64,000 bases of DNA. Origin: an uncultured Acidobacteriota bacterium. Lineage in GTDB: Bacteria; Acidobacteriota; UBA6911. The position numbers were made by a program, and so were the translations under genes. The number at the start of each line of letters is the position of its first letter. Position 1 is the stretch's first letter. The stretch lies in NCBI GenBank assembly GCA_963843575.1, contig CAWJKZ010000021.1:128001-192000 (forward strand). The letters run 5' to 3'. This document shows, piece after piece, positions 30,466 through 39,777 of the stretch. The notes beneath the pieces were generated by a model. It was not told where the DNA came from and did not search any database. It was given only the letters and a program-made list of their open reading frames with translations.

Positions 30466-30540
30466 CTTGAGCACGATCTCGGGGCTCAGCGGGGTTTCGT
30501 AGGGATCGTCGATGCCGGAGAACCGTTCGATTTTCCCCAG
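30466..30540 (-). pseudogene. cysC: Adenylylsulfate kinase (CysC) C-terminal remnant
   Basis: LGKIERFSGIDDPYETPLSPEIVLK matches the CysC GxIxxFTGIDDPYExP motif; no P-loop upstream. Confidence 0.6.
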
Positions 30541-30876
30541 GCTTCGATCGGTGAGGCTCACCCGCGAGTGGCGGACATGTCGCTGCACCATGTCGCTTCG
30601 TTCCTCCTCCAGGACGAGCAGCGACACCAGCTTTCGTCCGCCGGATACACCGAACGCCTGAACCACTGCGCTTCCAGCTTGCCGGGCGCCCGACACAGGG
30701 GAAAACCTTAGCCGCGGGCGTCGGGCCGCCGGCGTGTGCACGCGGGCTGCGCGGCAAAACCGCGAGCAAAACGCTCAGGGGCGAGGCCTGCCGGGCCGAT
30801 GATTAGTGTACGGCCCGCCGTACGAGCCGGTGTGTGGACGACGTGAAGGGACCGGTTCCGTGATGGGCCCGCTTCG

Positions 30877-33522
30877 ATGACTGCAAAACGGGTTGCCAGA
30901 TTCTGGATTGTGCTGACGTTGCTGGGCGGTTGCGCGGGAATCGTCTCCCCTGCCTCGGGGAAAGCGACGCCGGTTCTCACGAAAGTGGGCATGATCCACG
31001 AGCTGAAAACCGCGGAGGCCGAACGACGCTGTCGCGTGCGCGTGCGGGCGGTGGTGACCTACACGGATGCGCCAAGCGACATGCTGTTTGTGCAGGACGA
31101 AACCGGGGGCGTTTACGTCGACATCACGCCGCCGCACCGCTACCAGCTCAAGTCGGGCCAGGAGGTGGAAGTCGAAGGGGTGACGGCGCCCGGCTACTTC
31201 GCCCCGATGGTTGTCGAACCGCAGATCAGGGTGGTCGGCGACGGACGGCTTCCCCTCCCGGAGCGGGCGCCTATCCAGGCGCTCTTTGCGGGCGGTGAGG
31301 ACTGCCAGTGGGTCGAGACGCGCGGCGTTGTGCGGTCGGCGTTGGTTTCGGACGGCGTGTTGCGGATGTCGCTCGCCGAGGGCAACGCCAGGATCGCCAT
31401 CAACGTGTCGGGTTGCGCGACCGGTCTCTCCCTCGTCGACAGCGTGATCACCGTGCGGGGTGTCAGCGGCGGCGTGTTCAACGACAAGGGGCAGTTGACC
31501 GGGGCCGAACTCTATGTGCCGGGACCAGAGCACATCCAGGTCGATGAGCCCGGTCCAGCGGATCCGTTCTCCATCGAAATCCGCCCGGTACAGCGCATCC
31601 TGCAGTTTGTTCCCATCCGCGGGTACGGGCATCGTGTGCGGATCCGCGGCACCGTCACGTTTTGCAGAGCCGGCCTCTGCCTTTTCCTGCGCGACGACTC
31701 CGCCAGCATCTATATCACCATCGGGCCAGGGGATCCTCTGAAGGAGGGCGACGTGGTCGAGGCGGTCGGGTTCCCGGAAGTCGGGGACTACACGCCCATC
31801 CTCAGGGACGTCGTGTATCGCCGCGTCGGCTCCAGCGTGGTGCCCGCCCCCAGGAAGGTGGTTCCCGCCCTCGCGCTCAAGGGAGCCTATGACACGGAGC
31901 TCGTGGAGATCGAAGGCAGGCTGCTCGGCTCAGCGTTTATTATGGGGGAGCAGGTCCTGGCATTGCAGTCGGGATACCTGACCTTCAACGCCCACCTCAA
32001 CCAAGACGAGGGTGCCCGGACCATTTCTCTCGCCCCCGGAAGCCTGCTCCGACTCACCGGCATCTGCTCGGTGCAAGCGGACGAATTGCGGCGCCCCAAG
32101 TCGTTTCGTGTCCTGCTGCGCGGCCCGTCCGACATCCTCGTCCTCGAAAGCCCGTCCTGGTGGACGCTGGGCCGCATCCTGACCGTCATCGGGGTCCTTG
32201 TCGCCGCGGTCATCGCCGTGCTCGCGTGGGTTTTTGTGCTGGACCGCCGCATCAAGGCGCAAACGGCGGACATTCGACAGAGACTCGAGCGCGAGGCGGC
32301 CCTGGAGCACGAGCTGCAGCGCGCGCAGAAACTGGAGGCTATCGGCCGGCTGGCTGGCGGAATAGCTCACGATTTCAACAACCTGCTGACGGCCATCCTC
32401 GGCTACGCCGAGCTTATCGCGCTGCAGCTTCCGAAACACCATCCGATGCTCGACGATTTGCGCGAGATCAAGAAGGCCGGCGAGCGGGCCACCTCGCTGA
32501 CCCGGCAGCTGCTCGCCTTCAGCCGCCGCCAGGTGCTGCAGACAAGGGTTCTCGACCTGAATGCCGTGATACAGGAAATAAGCAAGATGCTCGACCGCCT
32601 CATAGGCGAAAACATCGAGCTCGTCAGCGTGCTCGACCGGCACCTCGGCCGAGTGAAGGCCGACCCTTCCCAGATCGAGCAGGTGCTGATGAACCTTGCG
32701 GTAAATGCCCGCGACGCCATGCCGGACGGGGGAAAGCTGACGATCGAAACCTGCAACGCGGACCTTGGCGAACTCGACGTTCAGGGCAAAGTCGAACTGC
32801 AGCCCGGCGCCTACGTTCGTCTTACCGTGTCGGACACCGGGTGCGGCATAGACGAGGCGACGCAAAAGAAGATATTCGAGCCGTTCTTCACCACCAAGGG
32901 GACCGGGCAAGGCACCGGGCTCGGGCTCGCGACGGTATACGGCATCGTTAAACAGAGCGGTGGCGACATCGTGGTGGAGAGCGATGTCGGGCGCGGCACC
33001 ATTTTTGCCATCTATCTGCCCCAGGTAGCCGCCGCGGCGGAACAGGAACCTGTGCACGACGCTCCGGCAGCCGCTCGGGGCAGGGAGACCATCCTGGTCG
33101 TTGAGGACGAAGACGCCCTGCGGGACCTGGTCCGCGTCGTGCTCAACCGGCACGGCTATGCTGTCTTCGAAGCGCGCAACGGGGAAGAAGCGGTCGCCCT
33201 CGCGTCGCGCAGCAGCAGTCGCATAGACCTGCTGGTTTCCGATGTCGTCATGCCGAAAATGGGCGGCTTCGAGCTGGCGCAGCGCCTGTCGCCCCTCAGG
33301 CCCGAGATGAAGGTGCTGTTCGTCTCCGGGTATACCGACGACGATGTCGCGAGCCTGTGCTCCTTCAAAGAAGGTATGCCGTTCCTGCAGAAGCCCTTTA
33401 CCCCCGACGCCCTGGCACTCAAGGTGCGCGAGGTACTGGACGGCAGCGCACAAGATCGGGATCCGGCCCCGGCCCACCATGCCGGCGCCGGGACCAGGAC
33501 GAGCATCGTCCCAGCCTCCTGA
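30877..33522 (+). CDS. Hybrid sensor histidine kinase/response regulator with repeated periplasmic beta (OB-like) domains
   Basis: Signal/TM; GGIAHDFNNLL (HisKA), NLAVNARDAM, DTGCG, GTGLGL; REC domain (VEDE, SDVVMP, QKPF). Confidence 0.93.
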   Translation: MTAKRVARFWIVLTLLGGCAGIVSPASGKATPVLTKVGMIHELKTAEAERRCRVRVRAVVTYTDAPSDMLFVQDETGGVYVDITPPHRYQLKSGQEVEVEGVTAPGYFAPMVVEPQIRVVGDGRLPLPERAPIQALFAGGEDCQWVETRGVVRSALVSDGVLRMSLAEGNARIAINVSGCATGLSLVDSVITVRGVSGGVFNDKGQLTGAELYVPGPEHIQVDEPGPADPFSIEIRPVQRILQFVPIRGYGHRVRIRGTVTFCRAGLCLFLRDDSASIYITIGPGDPLKEGDVVEAVGFPEVGDYTPILRDVVYRRVGSSVVPAPRKVVPALALKGAYDTELVEIEGRLLGSAFIMGEQVLALQSGYLTFNAHLNQDEGARTISLAPGSLLRLTGICSVQADELRRPKSFRVLLRGPSDILVLESPSWWTLGRILTVIGVLVAAVIAVLAWVFVLDRRIKAQTADIRQRLEREAALEHELQRAQKLEAIGRLAGGIAHDFNNLLTAILGYAELIALQLPKHHPMLDDLREIKKAGERATSLTRQLLAFSRRQVLQTRVLDLNAVIQEISKMLDRLIGENIELVSVLDRHLGRVKADPSQIEQVLMNLAVNARDAMPDGGKLTIETCNADLGELDVQGKVELQPGAYVRLTVSDTGCGIDEATQKKIFEPFFTTKGTGQGTGLGLATVYGIVKQSGGDIVVESDVGRGTIFAIYLPQVAAAAEQEPVHDAPAAARGRETILVVEDEDALRDLVRVVLNRHGYAVFEARNGEEAVALASRSSSRIDLLVSDVVMPKMGGFELAQRLSPLRPEMKVLFVSGYTDDDVASLCSFKEGMPFLQKPFTPDALALKVREVLDGSAQDRDPAPAHHAGAGTRTSIVPAS

Positions 33523-33824
33523 CCGCTGTCGCAGGCTATCCCGGAGGCGCTCACCCCTGCCTCCTGAGCGCGCGCCAAAGTAACCTCCCCCTCCCCGGGC
33601 TGATCTCGCAGAATCGCGCTCGGCCGCCTTCTCCCTGGAGTGCCACGCGGAATCCGTGCATCATGTATGCACTTCCGGTGCGAGTTCCGCCATGCGACAG
33701 AAATCATCCGAATCAGCTCCTGGGCTTGACGGGACCTCCCCCATAACTCACATCTCACAGGCAGGCTCGACGGTGAAGGTGCTCCGGACACACGGCACCG
33801 CAACCCTGCCGGGAGCGGCGCAAC

Positions 33825-34418
33825 ATGCATCCCATGTGGCACGCGATGTTCACCCTGACGATGCCCCTGCTGGAAAAGGTACTCCGGCCGTTGATCGTCT
33901 ATGCCTTCCTCGTTGCCGGCCTCAGGCTCGCGGGAAAGCGTGAGCTGGCCCAGTTGAATCCGTTCGACCTCGTCGTCCTGCTCACGCTCTCCAACACGGT
34001 GCAGAATGCGATCATCGGGGACGACAGTTCTGTGACGGGCGGCCTGATCGGCGCCGCGACGCTGCTGACGGCCAACTATCTCGTGGCCCGTTTCCTGTTC
34101 AGCCACGACAAGCTCGACCGGATGGTCGAGGGTGAGCCCGACGCCCTCATCGAAAACGGCGTCGTCCGCGAGGATCGACTGAAACAGGAGCTTCTGACCC
34201 GCAAGGAACTCGAGATCGCGGCGCACCGGCAGGGTTTTGCCGGCCTGCAGGAGATCGAGCGCGCCACGATCGAGCCGGGAGGCACGATCTATTTCGTCGG
34301 CAAGAGGCCGAGCCCCAACGAGGCCCAGCAGAGGGAACTGCTCGAGCGTCTCGACGCCATCGCCCGTCGCCTGGACGAAATGAGGGCCCGGCTGCCCGGG
34401 AGGGGCGACGGCGCCTGA
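33825..34418 (+). CDS. DUF421/YetF family membrane protein
   Basis: RLAGKRELAQLNPFDLV...EGEP.LIENG...EPGG. Confidence 0.88.
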   Translation: MHPMWHAMFTLTMPLLEKVLRPLIVYAFLVAGLRLAGKRELAQLNPFDLVVLLTLSNTVQNAIIGDDSSVTGGLIGAATLLTANYLVARFLFSHDKLDRMVEGEPDALIENGVVREDRLKQELLTRKELEIAAHRQGFAGLQEIERATIEPGGTIYFVGKRPSPNEAQQRELLERLDAIARRLDEMRARLPGRGDGA

Positions 34419-34428
34419 GGGAGGTGAG

Positions 34429-34457
34429 TTGCCCATATCCATAAATGCATGTATAAT
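34429..34457 (+). promoter_or_regulatory. Sigma70 promoter of the TA operon
   Basis: TTGCCC (34429-34434), 17 bp, TATAAT (34452-34457); GGAGG RBS before ATG 34475. Confidence 0.75.
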
Positions 34458-34474
34458 GCTCCATTAGTGGAGGC

Positions 34475-34915
34475 ATGCGTATGGCAACCGTTCAGCGTTT
34501 CATGTCCGGTTTTTCGGTGGATGCGCCTCTGGACCTGTCCCGCAGGGACGTGCAGAAGCGGCTCAGCGGGTCGGCGTTGGCGGCCTTTTTCAAGCTAACA
34601 CAGGCTTGGGGAGTACGGGACGGTGATTCCCGTCGGCTGCTCGGCGGGGTTTCCAACGGCGTGTTCTACCAGATGAAACGCGGAAACAGCAAAACGCTCG
34701 ACCAGGACAGGCTTACGAGGATCTCGCTGCTCTTGGGGATCTTCAAGGCGCTGCGCATCCTCTACAGTCCCGGGCTGGCCGACGCCTGGGTCACCCGGCC
34801 GAACGCGAACTCCATGTTCGCGGGGGAGCCGCCGCTCGGTTACATGCTCCGCAGCGGCGTGCCCGGTCTCATGCGTGTCCGCCAGCTGCTGGACGCGCGA
34901 CGGGGCGGCCGGTGA
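34475..34915 (+). CDS. Xre/MbcA/ParS-family antitoxin
   Basis: HTH-like N-terminus, AWVTRPN...F.GEPPL...VRQLLDARRGG; overlaps the RES gene. Confidence 0.88.
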   Translation: MRMATVQRFMSGFSVDAPLDLSRRDVQKRLSGSALAAFFKLTQAWGVRDGDSRRLLGGVSNGVFYQMKRGNSKTLDQDRLTRISLLLGIFKALRILYSPGLADAWVTRPNANSMFAGEPPLGYMLRSGVPGLMRVRQLLDARRGGR

Positions 34916-35790
34916 TCCCGGCCGTTGCGACTGTCCGCCGGGACGACACGCACCGGCTCATCCCCGCGCGCTACGGCGACGCGAGCGTGCTGGCGCCTCT
35001 GGCTGACAGCGAGGGCGAGCTTGGGCAACTGTTCGAGCTGGAGGGGGCGACCAACGAGCGTCTGCACGCGGAGGCGAACCTCCTCCCGGGGATCGGCGTC
35101 CACGAGCTGCTGTTCGGCGTCCCTTACGCCAGGATCGTCAACGCGGCGTTCGTGCACGCGCAGCCGGCAGGAAGCCGCTTCAACGGACCGGACCGGGGCG
35201 CGTGGTACGCGGCTTTTGAGCTGGAGACGTCGGCGGCGGAGGTCGCGTTTCACAAAGGGCAGGAACTCCGGGAGATCGGGTGGCGCGAGCCGGAGACGTT
35301 CTCCTTCACGGACTTCACCGCCGATTTCCGGACCGAACTGCACGACCTGCGCGGCGACGCGGCATGGGCCGGGTACCTCGACCCGGACAGCTACGTCGAG
35401 TCGCAGCGACTGGCCAGGGAACTGCTGGCGTCGGGATCGGCTGGAATTGTCTATCCCTGCGTGCGCCGCGACGGGGGCACCTGCCTCGCCTGTTTCCGGC
35501 CCGCGCTCGTGACGAACGTCCGGCAGGGCCGCAACGTGACCGTCGCCTTCCGCGACGCGTTCTCTCCCCCGAGATACGACTGCGGGCGCGGCGCAAGTGG
35601 GGCCCGGATTCAGCCGGGCCCCATGCATGAGCGTCGGGTCGCTCTAGCCCCACGGCGCGCCGCGGGCGGACCGAAAGGGCGCCCGCACTTGAGGCTGCCG
35701 GTCAGAGCGCCGGTTTCCCGTCGACGACCATGTCCGCGAGTCGGAACCGCGCCCGGATACCCCTTTGGCCAACGACCGTGTGGAGCGTGA
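34912..35790 (+). CDS. RES-domain NAD+ phosphorylase-type toxin
   Basis: SRFNG..GAWYAA..ETSAAEV, YVESQ.LA, GIVYPCVR and CLACFRP; 3' end uncertain (runs into the convergent gene). Confidence 0.85.
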   Translation: MIPAVATVRRDDTHRLIPARYGDASVLAPLADSEGELGQLFELEGATNERLHAEANLLPGIGVHELLFGVPYARIVNAAFVHAQPAGSRFNGPDRGAWYAAFELETSAAEVAFHKGQELREIGWREPETFSFTDFTADFRTELHDLRGDAAWAGYLDPDSYVESQRLARELLASGSAGIVYPCVRRDGGTCLACFRPALVTNVRQGRNVTVAFRDAFSPPRYDCGRGASGARIQPGPMHERRVALAPRRAAGGPKGRPHLRLPVRAPVSRRRPCPRVGTAPGYPFGQRPCGA

Positions 35791-36463
35791 CCTCCTTGTC
35801 CTCCAGGGTCAGGCTGGGCTTGCCGTTGCACTCCTTCGGGAACAGCAGGACGAGCGGCTGCCCCGGTCCCGAGGGGAGGACGAGGTCGGCCAAGGCGATT
35901 CTCGCCTTGTCTTTCTTTTCGAGGAAGGTCTCCTTCCTGAGTTTCTGCGTCACCTCCTCCCTGTCGCCGCGCGCGCCGCCGGTCCCCCCGATCACGAGAA
36001 TGTTGAAATAGGGGGCTTCGGGGTAGTTCAGCAGCTTCTCCAGTGCCTCCCTCGGCGGTTCGGTATACCGGAGGGCCAAGCTGCGGGCCATGGCCTGGCG
36101 TATGGGAAGCGAATACCAGGTGACGAGCACCTGCAACGTCCCCGGCCCGGAGGAGCCGTCGGGTGTTCCGCGGCGTCCGCGGCTCCCGCCGCCGCCTCCC
36201 CCGATGTCTTCGATCCCGCCGCCGCTTGGCATGGCCCCACCACCCCTCGCCCCCCCGCCGGACCCGCGCGGCTCGCCGCCCAACATCCCGAAATCGAGGG
36301 TGATGGACCGGGACCAGGGAGAATTTTTGAGGAGCCGCCCGACCTCTTTTTCACTCCACTCGGCGTACGGCTTTGTCGTCCAGAAGTCCTTCTCGCCGGC
36401 GTGCACGACCAGGAAACACAGTGCGGGCGCCAATATGCTCAAACCAACACGGAGACGTCCCAT
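35702..36463 (-). CDS. Secreted hypothetical protein (Acidobacteria-type)
   Basis: Signal peptide, FWTTKPYAEWSEKEV..LL..SPW, Gly-rich linker, FRLADMVVDGK end. Confidence 0.75.
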   Translation of the reverse strand: MGRLRVGLSILAPALCFLVVHAGEKDFWTTKPYAEWSEKEVGRLLKNSPWSRSITLDFGMLGGEPRGSGGGARGGGAMPSGGGIEDIGGGGGGSRGRRGTPDGSSGPGTLQVLVTWYSLPIRQAMARSLALRYTEPPREALEKLLNYPEAPYFNILVIGGTGGARGDREEVTQKLRKETFLEKKDKARIALADLVLPSGPGQPLVLLFPKECNGKPSLTLEDKEVTLHTVVGQRGIRARFRLADMVVDGKPAL

Positions 36464-36818
36464 TGCAGCCTCAATTTCTGATGACCCCGACAGTTGTTTG
36501 GAGAGCCCGATTGTCGCACCGGATCCCTGCCGGCTCAAAGGGGATTCCAGGGCACGATTAGCAATCTGCAATAAACATGGGGCAGGCGGCATCCCGGGGC
36601 TGGCGCCCCGGGCCGTACGGTTTTTGTTGCGGCGAACTGCCCCGGGGCGCTAGAATTGGACTATTCTGGCTCTCGGAAATACGGCTTTGATCCAGCGGGC
36701 AAACTGCAGGCGCATACGGCGGCCAGATCCAAGTGGTTTGTCTCCTGCCGCTGGTGGTGGTTTTTCAAACTTCCCAGTCCGTCCGCTCCTGCGGAGCGGC
36801 AACACGAAAGGAAAAGCC

Positions 36819-38948
36819 ATGAAGCGATCCGTTCTCACCCTCACGATGTGCGTACTCACACTTCTTTTGATGTCGGCCTGGCTGGCCGCGGAGGACACGG
36901 CGGCGAAGAACAAAGGCGATGTGAACTTGAACCGGCTAATCACCTTCAACGGAACGCTGAAGGACTCGGGTGGGATTCCGCGCTTCGGGATTTCCGGTGT
37001 CACGTTCAGCCTTTACGCCTCCCAGGAAGGTGGGGACCCGCTGTGGCGTGAGAGCCAGGTGGTGCAGAGCGACGAGCAGGGGCGCTACACGGTGCTGCTG
37101 GGGGCGACGGAGAAGGTGGGGATGCCCTTGGAGGTGTTCGGGACGGGCAAGGCGCAGTGGCTGGGGATACAGCCGGAGGGGCAGGAAGAGCAGGCGCGGG
37201 TGCTGCTGATGGCGGTGCCGTACGCGCTGAAGGCCGCGGATGCGGACACGGTCGGGGGGAAACCGCTGTCGTCGTTTGTGCTTTACGAGGACCTGGCGAA
37301 GGCGGAGGAGAAGTCGCGCACGGCGTCGGTAATCATCGGGACGGGGACGGCAGCGGGGCAGGCGCGCCAGGCGGCGGCCGGGTCTTCGGCCACGGACGCG
37401 GCGGTCCAGGCCGTGACGGGGTCTACCGGGCGGGTGCTGTCCAGCGAAGTGGGCACCAACAGCTGGTTCGGTGAAGGCCGGCGAGGCATCACCGGCGGCG
37501 CGGTCGAGCAATTCGATGTTCGGGTACAACGCCGGGAACAGACCTCACGGACGGGGATTACAACACTCTCTGGGTGGATTTGCCGGCTTCAAGACCACGA
37601 CCGGCACTACAACACCATTGTTGGCCTGTCTTCGGGCCACGAAAACACGACCGGCAGCAACAATACCTTCGTTGGGTTTTGGAGCGGCGGGGCGAACACG
37701 GCGGGATCGGACAATACCTTCGTCGGGATAAATTCGGGACTTGGCAACACCGCGAGCGGGAATTCGTTCTTTGGGTCGAATGCAGGCCACAATAACACCA
37801 CCGGAGCGAACAACGCCTTCTTTGGTTACCAGGCGGGCAACTCGAACCTCGTAGGCGGCTCAAACGCCTTCTTCGGCTATCAGGCTGGCTTCACCAATAC
37901 CTCGTCGGGCAACAGTTTCTTCGGGGGAGGCTCCGGTTATTCCAATAACAGCGGTTCCAACAATGTATTTGTCGGGACCGGAGCGGGGTTTGCCAACACC
38001 ACGGGAAGCCAAAACTCGGGATTAGGAAGACAGGCGGGTGAGAAGAATACGTCGGGCGTGTACAACACGTTTCTGGGCTACCTGTCCGGCAGGCTCAACA
38101 CGACCGGGGATCACAACCTGTTCGCGGGTTACTATACGGGCGGCTCGAACACGATCGAAAACAACAACAGCTTCATCGGCAACTACTCCAACGGCGTGGC
38201 GGGGATCACCAACGCGACGGCGGTGGGGTACCGGGCGAGCGTGGGGGCGAGCAACAGCCTGGTGCTGGGGAGCATCAGCGGGGTCAACGGGGCGGCCGCG
38301 GACACGTACGTCGGGATCGGAACGACGACGCCGACCCGGCTGCTGGAGGTGAGGAAGGACCAGGCCGCGTCGACGTACTTCCAGGTCACGAACTTGAACG
38401 ATTCGATCGACGTCAGCCGGTCGAGGTTTGCGCTGGTGGCCGGGACCGTAACCCAGGAGATGCAGTCGATCGCGAAGGACGGGGGGTACTTCGGGACGAC
38501 GAGCAACCACCCGTTCCGGATCTACACGAACAAGAACACGCGGATGACGGTGGACGCCAACGGCTACGTCGGGATCAACACGATTGCGCCGACCGAGCGG
38601 CTGCACGTGGTGGGGAACCTGCGGGTGCAGGGGACCATCATCAACAGCGCGCCGGAGGGGGATCTGCCGGACTACGTGTTCGAGAAGGACTACCGCCTGA
38701 TGCCTCTCGGAGAGCTGCAGGAGTACCTGGCGCGGGAGAAGCACCTGCCGAACGTGCCGTCGGCGGCGGAGATGAAAGAGAAGGGTGTGAACCTGAGCGC
38801 GTTCCAGATGCGGCTGCTGGAAAAGATCGAGGAACTGACCCTGTACGCGGTGCAGCAGGGGAACACGATTCGTGAAAAGGAGGCCGACATCGCCGCGCTG
38901 GCCGCCCGCCTTGCCGCCCTGGAGCAGGCGGAGGCGCAACGGCGCTGA
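36819..38948 (+). CDS. Secreted repeat protein (beta-roll NxFxGxxAG repeats, tail-fibre/adhesin-like, C-terminal coiled coil)
   Basis: Signal peptide; AVPYALKAADADT; many NTFVG/NAFFG repeats; VGIGT; PDYVFE..HLPNVPSA..LLEKIEELTLY; local frame disturbance at about 37470-37610. Confidence 0.8.
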   Translation: MKRSVLTLTMCVLTLLLMSAWLAAEDTAAKNKGDVNLNRLITFNGTLKDSGGIPRFGISGVTFSLYASQEGGDPLWRESQVVQSDEQGRYTVLLGATEKVGMPLEVFGTGKAQWLGIQPEGQEEQARVLLMAVPYALKAADADTVGGKPLSSFVLYEDLAKAEEKSRTASVIIGTGTAAGQARQAAAGSSATDAAVQAVTGSTGRVLSSEVGTNSWFGEGRRGITGGAVEQFDVRVQRREQTSRTGITTLSGWICRLQDHDRHYNTIVGLSSGHENTTGSNNTFVGFWSGGANTAGSDNTFVGINSGLGNTASGNSFFGSNAGHNNTTGANNAFFGYQAGNSNLVGGSNAFFGYQAGFTNTSSGNSFFGGGSGYSNNSGSNNVFVGTGAGFANTTGSQNSGLGRQAGEKNTSGVYNTFLGYLSGRLNTTGDHNLFAGYYTGGSNTIENNNSFIGNYSNGVAGITNATAVGYRASVGASNSLVLGSISGVNGAAADTYVGIGTTTPTRLLEVRKDQAASTYFQVTNLNDSIDVSRSRFALVAGTVTQEMQSIAKDGGYFGTTSNHPFRIYTNKNTRMTVDANGYVGINTIAPTERLHVVGNLRVQGTIINSAPEGDLPDYVFEKDYRLMPLGELQEYLAREKHLPNVPSAAEMKEKGVNLSAFQMRLLEKIEELTLYAVQQGNTIREKEADIAALAARLAALEQAEAQRR

Positions 38949-38963
38949 CACGATTTCATAACT

Positions 38964-39017
38964 TTCGATCCGCGCGGATCCGCGAAAATCCGCGTCCGAA
39001 AATACGTCGTCGTACTT
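38964..39017 (+). repeat. Repeat family A, right arm
   Basis: atccgcg at 38968, 38978 and 38988, then tccgaaaatacgtcgtcgtactt. Confidence 0.75.
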
Positions 39018-39156
39018 GTGTCAGGGTGCTCCGGATCCCGGAGGTGAGCTGCCGGCTCACCTCCGGGACTTCGGCCCATCCCGAGAATCGACCCGCTCGC
39101 TTGCCTGTTCTCGAACGTGCGGGGTGGCTTAGGCCGCGCGTGGGGTATAATCCCAG

Positions 39157-39620
39157 ATGAGAAACCTCTCTGTCGCACCGGTGCTGATCCGGGAGTACCG
39201 GCCGCAGGACCTGTCCACGCTGCACCGGATCGACCGGATCTGTTTCGCCCCGGAGATCGCCTTTTCCCGGCCCGAGCTCCTCTTTTACGTCAGGCATCCA
39301 CACTCGATTTCAAGGGTGGCGGAGCGGGACGGCCGGATCGTCGGGTTCGCGGTCGGCCGGGTGGAGCACGGGACGCCGGTCACGTCCTTACCCTGGATGT
39401 CGTCCCGGACGAGCGCAGGGCCGGCACCGGCACCGTCCTGATGGATGCACTGCACAGGGAATTCCGTACCCGTCGCGTTGTAGTCGCGGTGCTGGAGGTC
39501 AACGCCGAGGACGAGGGCGCCCGGCGTTTCTACGAGAAGCTCGAGTACGAGTACGTGGAGCGGGTGCGCGGTTACTACTGCGGCCGGATGGATGCGTACC
39601 GTATGATCTGTTTCCTTTAA
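39157..39620 (+). CDS. GNAT acetyltransferase, RimI-like (frameshifted)
   Basis: IDRICF, IVGF, GHVLTLDV, AGTGT.LM, LEVN, FYEK, YY..RMDA, across two frames. Confidence 0.8.
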
Positions 39621-39650
39621 CCATCCCGAGTCCCGAAGCGCAACGGCAGA

Positions 39651-39777
39651 ACGCGGATCTTCGCGGATTTTACGGATTCACGCGGATCGGCCGCGCCCTG
39701 CCACCAGGTAGCAATCCGCGTGCATCCGCGTTGATCCGCGTCCTGGAAACGTCGGCGTATTTCTGAATACGAGTACT
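39651..39777. repeat. Repeat family A, inverted array
   Basis: cgcggat at 39652, 39662 and 39681; atccgcg at 39714, 39724 and 39734; then tcctggaaacgtcggcgtattt...agtact. Confidence 0.8.

Noticed and set aside
30051-30470. Small membrane-protein ORF after the GT2
   Set aside because: One hydrophobic segment is plausible, but the remainder looks non-coding, so the support is too weak to call.
36690-36800. c-di-GMP-I riboswitch upstream of the adhesin-like gene (ggcaaac)
   Set aside because: The following GNRA stem and GACGCAAAG core are not present.
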